From Amoebidium appalachense (taxonomy: Eukaryota > Protista > Ichthyosporea), in contig CAVNZM010000005.1 in the NCBI GenBank assembly GCA_963693365.1, positions 3,409,716-3,473,715 of the forward strand: a DNA stretch of 64,000 bases, written 5' to 3'. Within the stretch, counting starts at the first letter, position 1, and every line of letters starts with the position of its first letter. The notes beneath the pieces are model-generated. The model was not told the DNA's origin. It did not search any database and saw only the letters and a program-made list of their open reading frames with translations. Made by a program: the position numbers and the translations under genes. Below are positions 9,326 to 18,565 of the stretch, one piece after another.

Positions 9326-9763
9326 TTATATCGGCTCGGATGCTGAACCCACCAGCTCGGGGTGCGCGGCTCTGACATGGCAGTTGAGCGCAGCCGACCG
9401 GTTGAACGCAGATGTACAGCCCACAGACGGACACCTGAGGGTGTTCCGCACAGGCTGTTTTGGCGTCTTGTTTTCCTTGTGGACTAAGCGCCGGTGCCAC
9501 CACAGTGCGGCAGGGTACGGGAAGTCGGCCGGGCACGTGTCACAGACGTATGGCCGCTCACCGGTATGCATTCGCACATGCAGCTTCATGTAATCGCTGC
9601 GGGTAAAGGTAGCAAAGCAGCCTTCATGGGGGCACGTGTAAGGGCGTTTCTCGGAGTGTGTTGCGGCACGGTGTCTTTTCATGTTTGCGTTTGTGGTGAA
9701 CGTTTGGGCACAGTCGGTGCATGGAAATACTCTCTTGTGTGGGGGTCTGCATGGTTCAGCCAT
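9326..9763 (-). CDS. C2H2 zinc-finger protein (4 fingers)
   Basis: CTDC..H..H, CPHEGC..HVRMH-TGERPY, CDTC..H..H and CPSVGC..H..H. First ATG before the fingers is at 9763. Confidence 0.9.
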   Translation of the reverse strand: MAEPCRPPHKRVFPCTDCAQTFTTNANMKRHRAATHSEKRPYTCPHEGCFATFTRSDYMKLHVRMHTGERPYVCDTCPADFPYPAALWWHRRLVHKENKTPKQPVRNTLRCPSVGCTSAFNRSAALNCHVRAAHPELVGSASEPI

Positions 9764-9810
9764 TGCTAAAGAAAGGGTAGAAAATGAATGTGGCCCCCCC
9801 CCCCCCCCCC

Positions 9811-10065
9811 CTACCACCTGTACACCAGCACGCCAGCGAGCAGCACGAGCAGCACGATGCATGCAAGCGCTATGCCCCTCCACATCGAAGCGCTCTTGAG
9901 CTGTGCATCATGGTCGTCCAATGAAGTGCCCATGTAGAGCATGAAGCGCGTGTTGTTGTCGATGGTCAGGCGGTACTCGTGCGGGTCGGCGGCAATGTCA
10001 TCCCTGCGCACCCACGAGTTACTCGGGTTGTCAAATCTCAGGTTTGCAATGTTCGGTGAAGTCAT
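9811..10065 (-). CDS. Small membrane protein with a C-terminal transmembrane helix
   Basis: MTSPNIANLRF... ends in GIALACIVLLVLLAGVLVYRW. Confidence 0.6.
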   Translation of the reverse strand: MTSPNIANLRFDNPSNSWVRRDDIAADPHEYRLTIDNNTRFMLYMGTSLDDHDAQLKSASMWRGIALACIVLLVLLAGVLVYRW

Positions 10066-10145
10066 ACCTTCCAAAGAGATACTTTGGAGCGCCCCCTCCC
10101 CAGCAACTCGGGGAGCACACACAGAGATTATGCATCGCAGTGCTA

Positions 10146-10517
10146 ATGGAACCTAAAAACCGCTGGGACGTAGGGCGCGCCAAGACGGAGGACGCACTGA
10201 CGAGGTACATGGACAGGGTGTGCTCGGGTGAGGATCCGGAAGGAACATGGTGGTTCACCACCATGGCCCCGGGCGGCGCAACCACCGAGGACCTGAGCAC
10301 AGCACTTGAAGATTGGGGTGAGCGCTGGCTTGACTATTTTTTCAAAGAGGTCGGCCACGTGGTGGAGGCAGCAGGGCTGCCGCTGCGCGAGGGTGTCTTT
10401 GACAGAGCCTACGGGCGCAACCGCAACCAGGAGTTCGAGGGGGTGGGTGCGGACCTTGATGAGTGGAACGAGGGGATCCCCTGGAGCAACGCGGGCAACG
10501 TGGGGCATGCCTTATAG
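10146..10517 (+). CDS. Hypothetical acidic, Trp-rich protein
   Basis: MEPKNRWDV..GHAL with GC3-rich codons; divergent from the 10065 ORF. Confidence 0.6.
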   Translation: MEPKNRWDVGRAKTEDALTRYMDRVCSGEDPEGTWWFTTMAPGGATTEDLSTALEDWGERWLDYFFKEVGHVVEAAGLPLREGVFDRAYGRNRNQEFEGVGADLDEWNEGIPWSNAGNVGHAL

Positions 10518-10639
10518 CAAAAAATCTTAAACAGTTTCGGGGTGAATATATAATGTAAATCCAACGATCCAAATAATGGTTTTGCAACTTCACATTGGGG
10601 TGAATATACAATGTAAATCCAACAACAGAAATAAAAATA

Positions 10640-10777
10640 TCAATGTGCTTGGCGCTTTACTCGCACACTCTGTCGGAGCACCAGTCTCCGGTATTTTGGC
10701 ATGAACTCGTCTGCATAGACGTACTTCCTTGCACGTCTGTGACCCCTCTTTTTGGACCGACCTCTTCGTTTTGACAT
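10640..10777 (-). CDS. Small Arg/Lys-rich basic protein (45 aa)
   Basis: MSKRRGRSKKRGHRRARKYVYADEFMPKYRRLVLRQSVRVKRQAH. Short, so it may be spurious. Confidence 0.35.
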   Translation of the reverse strand: MSKRRGRSKKRGHRRARKYVYADEFMPKYRRLVLRQSVRVKRQAH

Positions 10778-11185
10778 GACGTTCACCCAAAAATTGTGGG
10801 CGACCTCTCCTAGTGAAACCACTTTCTCCGCTTACACCCTGCGGCACATTGGTTGCTGGTCCACGCGCCCTCCTCGAGCTCGAGATACACCTTGCGCCAC
10901 CCGGGCTCCGCGCGCTTGATCTCGCACGCCACCACAATGTCTCCCGGTCGCACACCTGCGGTCCACATGCTTGTGCAACAGCGCACGCTCAGCACCTCAC
11001 ACACCGTGTCGGGCCCACGTACACACACGCCGAAACACGCAAGCGCGCACTCGTGGTCATGCAGCGCCTCGAGAACTGGCACCTTGCGAATGAGTGTGCG
11101 CCGACGCAGGCGGGGACTCTGGAGGGTATAAAAGCGTGTGTCTGACACGGGGAGCTGCCAGTCTGAATCTGCACCAGAACCGACC

Positions 11186-11704
11186 ATGGCTTTTGAGCAG
11201 GACCTGAAGCTATTTGTCAATCGGCTGTCGCTGCTTGTATCCAGCATGACGTTCGACTCGAACGGCGCCGGCAGGGTGGCGAGACGGCCGCTACAGCTCC
11301 ACGCAAGACTCGGCAAGGGCGACACGATGCTGTCGGACACGATGCTGCCGCTGCAGTCGGTGGAAACGTCGAACAGGACTGGACTCAACCACCTGGTGTT
11401 TTCGACGTGTCCACTGGAGGGGGCCGGGGATGCGGTGACCATCGACCTGGATTGGGGCAAGTCGTTTCGGCTGACCTGGGAGCGCTGGGACACCACGCTG
11501 TCGCTGCTGCCACCGAGGGATCCGACGGAGGAGGAGGGCATGAGCGAGGGACGAGCTGTCCCCATGGAGGCAAAGAGAAAACGAACAACCCTTCTGCGAA
11601 TCGACTTTTTGAAGGACTTCCTTTGGCATGACATGGGGTGCGACATTCTGTCGCTGCAGTTATATGAATCAGTACAGAAAAATAGGCGGCAGTGTAGAGA
11701 ATAA
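11186..11704 (+). CDS. Hypothetical protein
   Basis: Good Kozak context (ACCATGG) with GGGTATAAAAG ~55 nt upstream; GC3-rich ORF MAFEQDLKLFV... Confidence 0.65.
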   Translation: MAFEQDLKLFVNRLSLLVSSMTFDSNGAGRVARRPLQLHARLGKGDTMLSDTMLPLQSVETSNRTGLNHLVFSTCPLEGAGDAVTIDLDWGKSFRLTWERWDTTLSLLPPRDPTEEEGMSEGRAVPMEAKRKRTTLLRIDFLKDFLWHDMGCDILSLQLYESVQKNRRQCRE

Positions 11705-11865
11705 TGCAGGTATCTCGCAGTGCGTGTGTGTGTGCGACTGCGCCCCGGATGGTGCAGCACGCGTATATAAGCAGGGCCACACCCAACGTGTCGTCCGAGC
11801 GCATGCTTGTGTGTGCGCACACAAATTTGTAAAAAAGCCAACGTTTTCCTTTGCCCTGAATTCAA

Positions 11866-12171
11866 GTTACTCTGAGCATAAAATTAATGGTTTTTTATTT
11901 GTTTCATGAGTAACAATATCTTACTCAGGGTACTCATTCTGAGTAACACAGACAAGTTTCCCCCACTAGATGTTACTCACCCAAATATGGTAAAGGTTTC
12001 CTTTTTAGGTATAAAAATATGCAATTGTCATATAGTGAGTAGGATGAGTAGAATGAGTACGTACTCATCTACTGTGGGCTACGGGTATACCTAAATCTCA
12101 ATCCAAAAGGAAATTGGAACACCCGGGGGGAGACCAGATGAGTAGGTACTCAAGCTACTCATCCTACTCAC
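11866..12171. repeat. TGAGTA/TACTCA iteron cluster with palindromes
   Basis: More than 10 copies of TGAGTA/TACTCA in both orientations, the palindrome ATGAGTACGTACTCAT (12053-12068), and a 17-bp inverted repeat at 12035-12051/12155-12171. Confidence 0.8.
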
Positions 12172-12180
12172 CCCATCACT

Positions 12181-12323
12181 GCCTATAGGCATGCCCCGTG
12201 TGCAGGGCACTGATTTCTGCCCTCTTCTGGTTGGTGCCAAGAGGCAGTGCCCTACACATGTGGTGTCTAAACAGCCTATAGGCATGCTCTGTGTGCAGGG
12301 CACTGATTTCTACCCTCTTCTGG
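12181..12323 (-). repeat. About 1.5 copies of a 93-bp unit; inverted counterpart of the 92-bp array at 17681-18103
   Basis: CCCTCTTCTGGTTGGTGCCAAGAGGCAG..GTGGTGTCTAAACAGCCTATAGGCATGC is the reverse complement of the right-hand unit with a few substitutions. Confidence 0.9.
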
Positions 12324-12374
12324 TATTCTGAAATCACTCGCAAGTGTTATCCCTCATGATTGTATCAATCCGTT

Positions 12375-12719
12375 TCATGGAGTCTTAGCGGACTGGCCCA
12401 GCCGTATGAGACAGGCCCGTAGAAAGTCCTTTTGCTTCTTCAGCTTGTCGTTTTCCAGCTGCAGCTCTTGGTTCTCCACCACCAAATTCTTGTTCTCTTC
12501 GCACACCTTGTTGCGCTCCTCTTGCAGGCCCTTGATCACCTCCCGCTGGTTCTTGTTCATTGTGCGCAGCGCGTCGTTGTCCTTGTCCATGTCGTTGTTC
12601 AACTCCCTCAGCTGCTGGATCAGCCCGTGCAGCCCCTCGTTGGCCTCCTTCAGCATCTTGTTGGTCTCTTGCAGCTGCTTGGTGTGTGCATCTTGGCGCT
12701 GTGTATCTGTTTCATCCAT
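12375..12719 (-). CDS. Coiled-coil protein (114 aa)
   Basis: Continuous heptad pattern LQETNKMLKEANEGL..VVENQELQLENDKLKKQ. Confidence 0.75.
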   Translation of the reverse strand: MDETDTQRQDAHTKQLQETNKMLKEANEGLHGLIQQLRELNNDMDKDNDALRTMNKNQREVIKGLQEERNKVCEENKNLVVENQELQLENDKLKKQKDFLRACLIRLGQSAKTP

Positions 12720-13611
12720 TGTGTCGTTTGCAGCCGGTTGGGCAGGAGGTGTTTAGTTTTTCTATCTTTCTATCCACGAAGCAAAGCAGTGTGAACAAAA
12801 AAAAAACGTCCCTCTTATTTTTACGAAGCAAAAGTGTGACCCAAAAAAACCGTCCCTCTTACACAGTGCAAAATAAAGCAAAATCATATGATGCGCAAAC
12901 ACACCGTGAACTAAAAAAACTCGCCACTGATTATTTACACGAAGTAAAGCAGTGTGAACAAAAAAAAGCGCCCCTTACACAATGCAAAATAAAACACACA
13001 CACACACACACACCAAGCCATTTGTATCCAGCTCGGACCCCTTTTTGTGCGCACACTTCTGGTTGGTGTATAAGTATTGGATCCACGTGAGCGCGAGTTT
13101 CCTAAGTGCTGCTCAAAAAGTGACATATGTGATTGTGTACTTTTCCTGACCAATTTTTGTATCCCTGATAGACAGAATAATGCTCGTAATTGTTGGGAAG
13201 CATATTCGTGTTTTTTTAGGGGTTGCTACATCAAAATACATTGTGTTCAAACACTGATGGCCAAGTTGCAAAGATCGGATTACAATCCAATCTGTCAAAA
13301 TGACAATTCTCAAGTCAAAACATGCTCTTGTTGATCCAATCAGAATTCATCAATCAGTCAGCAGATTTGGTTGAGCCCCAACTTATCGGATACACCAAGA
13401 TGCCTAAATGACAATTAGCTAATCAGATGTTCACGCGATCTCTAGATCCAATCAAGCGTCGCGGCTGGGGTATATCCAACCAATCTAATGCAATAAAGCA
13501 TCTGATGCCAAAGCCGGGCACGGCATATAAAAGCCCATACTCTCTTCAATCCACACACCTTTTCCATGTTAGCTAGCTTCTCCCTTGGCACACAACGTAC
13601 ATCCAACTGTC

Positions 13612-14346
13612 ATGAAAATGAGTTCTAAAGACATCAAAGATCTAGAAAGGCGCGCTGAAAAAATAGAGACAAGACTCAAGACTTTGGAGGAGGATGCAAA
13701 GGCCCTGCGGGACACCCAGGCCCGTTTCGCGCGCGCCCTTGCTAGGCACGCCCGCATGGCTTTAAGCAAGCGCACCACTACAGCAGCAACCGTGGCACCC
13801 CCAGCGCTGACCGTGGCACCCCCAGCGCTGACCGTGGCACCCCCTGTCCTGGCAGCGGCACCTGCACTTCGTGCTGGCGAGCATGGCAGCTCCTATCCCG
13901 TGGACTTGGCCCCCCTGCCCCTGCAGCGCTCACGTTTGCACATCACACAGGGGTCCAAGACACGGGAGAAACCACGAAGACAGCAGAAGAGGACACGAGA
14001 GGAAGTCAGAAGCTCTGGGTCGGAGGAGGAGCACCATTCTCCAGTGCCTCCTTGGTTCAACTGGAAGACCTTCACACAGGGGTCCAAGACACGGGAGAAA
14101 CCACGAAGACAGCAGAAGAGGACACGAGAGGAAGTCAAAAGCTCTGGGTCGGAGGTACAGGAGGAAGTGCCTCCTTGGTTCAAGACCTTGCTATGGGGAC
14201 CTGAGGAGTACTCGTCTTCTGAGGAGCACTCGTCTTCCGAGTCCAAGACCTTGACACGGGGACAGCAGAAAAGGGCACGAGCCAGTGAAGCCAGCAGCTC
14301 TGGGGCGTCTTCCGAGTCTTCAGACGGAGATATCAACTGGCCTTGA
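13612..14346 (+). CDS. Hypothetical protein: N-terminal coiled coil, TVAPPAL repeats, duplicated basic/Ser-rich module
   Basis: ATG 13612 is preceded by GGCATATAAAAGC and CCAAT boxes. It has 21-nt repeats and an in-frame 129-nt duplication (13943/14072). Confidence 0.7.
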   Translation: MKMSSKDIKDLERRAEKIETRLKTLEEDAKALRDTQARFARALARHARMALSKRTTTAATVAPPALTVAPPALTVAPPVLAAAPALRAGEHGSSYPVDLAPLPLQRSRLHITQGSKTREKPRRQQKRTREEVRSSGSEEEHHSPVPPWFNWKTFTQGSKTREKPRRQQKRTREEVKSSGSEVQEEVPPWFKTLLWGPEEYSSSEEHSSSESKTLTRGQQKRARASEASSSGASSESSDGDINWP

Positions 14347-14409
14347 CACGGTGAAAAAAGGGGCCGCTATTAGAGAGTAGCCTCAGGCTATTCTAGTGCT
14401 TGTGTGCAG

Positions 14410-15830
14410 GTGTACTTAACATTGAGTGTACTTAGGGTGGGGCTGTGCAGACGTGTACTTAAAGGGCCGGGCTGTGCAGACGTGTACTTAGGATGGTGCA
14501 GACGTGTACTTAAAGGGTGGGGCTGTGCAGACGTGTACTTAAAGGGTGGGGCTGTGCAGACGTGTACTTAGGATGGTGTAGACGTGTACTTAGGGTGGTG
14601 CAGAGTGTACTTAGGGTGGTGCAGAGGTGTACTTAGGATGGTGTAGACGTGTACTTAGGGTGGTGCAGAGTGTACTTAGGGTGGTGCAGAGGTGTACTTA
14701 GGGTGGTGCAGAGGTGTACTTAGGGCTGTGCAGACGTGTACTTAGGGTGGGGCTGTGCAGAGTGTACTTAGGGTGGTGCAGAGGTGTACTTAGGGCTGTG
14801 CAGACGTGTACTTAGGGTGGGGCTGTGCAGAGTGTACTTAGGGTGGTGCAGAGTGTACTTAGGGCTGTGCAGACGTGTACTTAGGGTGGGGCTGTGCAGA
14901 GTGTACTTAGGGTGGTGCAGAGTGTACTTAGGGTGGTGCAGAGTGTACTTAGGGTGGGGCTGTGCAGAGGTGTACTTAGGGTGGTGCAGAGTGTACTTAG
15001 GGTGGTGCAGAGGTGTACTTAGGGTGGTGCAGACGTGTACTTAGGGTGGTGCAGACGTGTACTTAGGGTGGTGCAGAGGTGTACTTAGGGTGGTGCAGAG
15101 GTGTACTTAGGGTGGTGCAGAGGTGTACTTAGGGTGGTGCAGACGTGTACTTAGGGTGGTGCAGAGGTGTACTTAGGGTGGTGCAGACGTGTACTTAGGG
15201 TGGGGCTGTGCACCACAGTGTACTTAGGGTGGTGCAGACGTGTACTTAGGGTGGGGCTGTGCACCACAGTGTACTTAGGGTGGTGCAGACGTGTACTTAG
15301 GGTGGGGCTGTGCACCACAGTGTACTTAGGGTGGTGCAGACGTGTACTTAGGGTGGTGCAGAGGTGTACTTAGGGTGGTGCAGACGTGTACTTAGGGTGG
15401 TGCAGAGGTGTACTTAGGGTGGTGCAGAGGTGTACTTAGGGTGGTGCAGAGGTGTACTTAGGGTGGTGCAGACGTGTACTTAGGGTGGTGCAGAGGTGTA
15501 CTTAGGGTGGTGCAGACGTGTACTTAGGGTGGTGCAGACGTGTACTTAGGGTGGTGCAGAGGTGTACTTAGGGTGGTGCAGAGGTGTACTTAGGGTGGTG
15601 CAGACGTGTACTTAGGGTGGTGCAGAGGTGTACTTAGGGTGGTGCAGACGTGTACTTAGGGTGGTGCAGACGTGTACTTAGGGTGGTGCAGAGGTGTACG
15701 TAGGGTGGTGCAGACGTGTACTTAGGGTGGGGCTGTGCACCACAGTGTACTTAGGGTGGTGCAGACGTGTACTTAGGGTGGGGCTGTGCACCACAGTGTA
15801 CTTAGGGTGGTGCAGAGTGTACTTAGGTGG
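14410..15830 (+). repeat. Telomere-like minisatellite, core unit GTGTACTTAGGGTGGTGCAGA(C/G), about 60 copies
   Basis: Tandem 21-29-nt units, nearly all containing TTAGGG. Variants include GGGGCTGTGCAGAC and GGGGCTGTGCACCACA. There are no unique spacers. Confidence 0.95.
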
Positions 15831-16232
15831 GTGTCTTGTGGTGAAAGTAAAGTTTATGGCATACAGGCAGATGTGTGCTTTAAGCCTTAGGGAACTGTGG
15901 GCAGACATGTCAACACTTGGGCCTATGGGTAGACGTGTACACACTTAGTGTATTTGTTTGTGTCTCTCATGGTTATTTTATAGCATGAAGCACTGCAAAA
16001 AATGGTGTATGTTTCCGTGGTCCACGTACACAGAATCCTTTAATATGAACACAAGTGATTGTATAGAAAAAGAGTACGTACGTACATGATAGTCTAGTCA
16101 GATTACAAAGAACAAATCAACTTGGACCGAGTATATTCAAATACAAACTAAAAGAGAAAAGAAACAAATAAATCAAGACCGATCAATTCAAATACAAATC
16201 AAAAGAGAATGCCACTTAGTCGACCAATCAAA

Positions 16233-17387
16233 TCAGTACATCTCATGCTCATACTGGTCAAACTCTTCCTGGTCAAGATCAATGAGGGGAATTTCTTCAG
16301 TTTGTTTATGTTTGGGTTCAGGTTTGCGGTCATACACGACCGACTCACGATCAGACGCAGATTCGTCATCTGTCATATCATCGAGTACCTGATTTGCCCG
16401 TCGTTTGAGCCGCTTGGGGTTGAATGCTTCATCTGAGTCCCAATCACATTGATCATGGACGCGTTTGGCGGGTGAGGCAGGTGAAGAGACAGACTCATTA
16501 CCACCTGTGTATGCCTTCAAGTTCTTCTCCCGTCGCAGAATCTTCCTTCGGATGCTTTTTATGGTGTTTTGGGCTGCACACACAGCAGCAATGGCCAGGC
16601 CCTCCGCCATTTCATCTTCAGCCGCCTTTGCCTCTTTGACACGCTCTCGAGCATTCTGGAGCTCCCCCCTCACACTAGTTAGCTGTGCATCGAGGTCCAT
16701 CGTATGGTCATGCAACGAAGTCTCAGGTGTTTTGGTGTGCTTGGGCCTGGGCTTAGCGGCAGGGGTGGTCTTGGCAGGAGTGGTCTTGGTGGTAGGGGTG
16801 GTCTTGGCAGGAGTGGTCTTGGCGGCAGGGGTGGGGGCAGTCACAGGGGCGGTCTTTGCGGCAGGGGTGGGGGCAGTCACAGGGGCGGTCTTTGCGACAG
16901 GGGTGGGGGCAGTCACAGGGGTGGTCTTTGCGGCAGGGGTGGGGGCAGTCACAGGGGCGGTCTTTGCGACAGGGGTGGGGGCAGTCACAGGGGTGGTCTT
17001 TGCGGCAGGGGTGGGGTCAGCAGTCACAGTGGTGGTGTTGGCGGCAATGGTAGTCTTGCGAGGGCCACTGAAAATGTAGTTTTCATAGGCCACCTGGCCA
17101 TCCCGACGGGGTGCTGCAGCCCGTTGCAGGCTGGCAAGCTCGGCCTGCAGGGTCTTGATCTGCTCTTCGGCTGCCCTCAGTCGTGCCTCTACATCAGAGG
17201 GCTGGGGTTGGGGGGGTCGGGGGGTACGCGCAGCATTCTCATTGGTCACTTGACTGCGGAGGCTGGTGAGGTCGGTGCGGAGGCTGGTGACGTCGGTGTG
17301 CAGGGCCGTTAAGCGAGACGAATGGTCCGTGTACAGAAAATCAAAGCGCTTCTGCAGCTGTTGAAGCTCCTCTTTCCAAGAATCCAT
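16233..17387 (-). CDS. Hypothetical protein: coiled coils separated by PAAKTTPVTAPT repeats, basic NLS-like motifs and an acidic tail
   Basis: 384-aa ATG-initiated ORF with in-frame 36-nt repeats, PKRLKRR, and GGCATATAAAAGC ~95 nt upstream. Confidence 0.8.
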   Translation of the reverse strand: MDSWKEELQQLQKRFDFLYTDHSSRLTALHTDVTSLRTDLTSLRSQVTNENAARTPRPPQPQPSDVEARLRAAEEQIKTLQAELASLQRAAAPRRDGQVAYENYIFSGPRKTTIAANTTTVTADPTPAAKTTPVTAPTPVAKTAPVTAPTPAAKTTPVTAPTPVAKTAPVTAPTPAAKTAPVTAPTPAAKTTPAKTTPTTKTTPAKTTPAAKPRPKHTKTPETSLHDHTMDLDAQLTSVRGELQNARERVKEAKAAEDEMAEGLAIAAVCAAQNTIKSIRRKILRREKNLKAYTGGNESVSSPASPAKRVHDQCDWDSDEAFNPKRLKRRANQVLDDMTDDESASDRESVVYDRKPEPKHKQTEEIPLIDLDQEEFDQYEHEMY

Positions 17388-17680
17388 GTTTCGTGTGAGT
17401 GTTTGAAAAACAAGTTTGTTGTGTGTCGCCTTTTACTATTGAGTGTCAGTGTTGAAATGAGTGAATGTGACCGTGTGTGCTGCTTTTATATGCCACGGTA
17501 CAAAGCAGCTTACAGCAATGGTGCCAAGGCTCAATGGGATAGATCTCTCCAATCAACGGTCATTGTCACTCAAACGGCCTTGATGGTTGGCAAAGTATCA
17601 CGTCTAAGCTTGATGAAAACAAACCCGTGGCTGCTAACCATTGGCCGGGTATAGATCTAACCAAAAAAGGAAGGCACAAC

Positions 17681-18103
17681 AAATTGGTGCCTGCACACGG
17701 AGCATGCCTATAGGCTGTTTAGACACCACACGTGTAGGGCGCTGCCTCTTGGCACCAACCAGAAGAGGGTAGAAATTGGTGCCTGCACACGGAGCATGCC
17801 TATAGGCTGTTTAGACACCACACGTGTAGGGCGCTGCCTCTTGGCACCAACCAGAAGAGGGTAGAAATTGGTGCCTGCACACGGAGCATGCCTATAGGCT
17901 GTTTAGACACCACACGTGTAGGGCGCTGCCTCTTGGCACCAACCAGAAGAGGGTAGAAATTGGTGCCTGCACACGGAGCATGCCTATAGGCTGTTTAGAC
18001 ACCACACGTGTAGGGCGCTGCCTCTTGGCACCAACCAGAAGAGGGTAGAAATTGGTGCCTGCACACGGAGCATGCCTATAGGCTGTTTAGACACCACACG
18101 TGT
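17681..18103 (+). repeat. Perfect tandem array of a 92-bp unit (about 4.6 copies)
   Basis: AAATTGGTGCCTGCACACGG... recurs at 17681, 17773, 17865, 17957 and 18049. Confidence 0.97.
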
Positions 18104-18174
18104 TGTGGCTTCTGCCTTTATCACCCACACACCCCCACGTGCCAACATACACTATCCTCCCCGTGAGTGGCATG

Positions 18175-18565
18175 CCAGTCCCCCCAGCCCCCCAGCCCCC
18201 CTGCCCCCCAGTCCCCCCTGCCCCCCTGCCCCCCTGCCCCCCTGCCTGCCGGAACCAGGCCCCCCAGTGGTGGCATTCCAACACGTGCATGCTAGAAGAT
18301 CGTGCTACATGAACAAATGGTCTTAACTCAGCCATACATGGGGGATAGAGTATCACACAACCATGGTTCCCCCACTCTCCCCAGCCTCCTGTGCACGTGT
18401 GCCTCCCCTGCCCCCCTGCCCCCCCTGCTGCCGGAACCACGGCCCCCAGTGGTGGCAGTGAGTGTCCCCCCTGCCTCCCCTGCACGTGTGCCCCCCCTGC
18501 CTCCCCTGCACGTGTGCCCCCCCTGCCTCCCCTGCCTCCCGGAACCACGCCCCGGCGCAGTGGCA
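18175..18565 (+). repeat. C-rich subterminal repeats (CCCCCTGC)n with three CCGGAACCA..CAGTGG modules
   Basis: Modules at about 18249, 18431 and 18539, separated by CCCCCTGC/CACGTGTG runs. Confidence 0.75.

Noticed and set aside
7138-9378. One broken primase-helicase gene spanning both ORFs
   Set aside because: The upstream ORF duplicates the helicase N-terminus rather than extending it, lacks primase motifs, and the helicase has its own TATA box.
10810-11865. 351-aa minus ORF with a weak PDZ-like stretch (AGVRPGDIVV)
   Set aside because: Mostly antisense to the 11186 gene, with no convincing start and too short a motif. The 10810-11120 part remains unresolved.
14410-15830. CRISPR-like array
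   Set aside because: Units are contiguous with only a few recurring variants. There are no unique spacers and no cas-like genes.
17681-18103. CRISPR or guide array
   Set aside because: The 92-bp units are identical end to end, so this is a plain tandem repeat.
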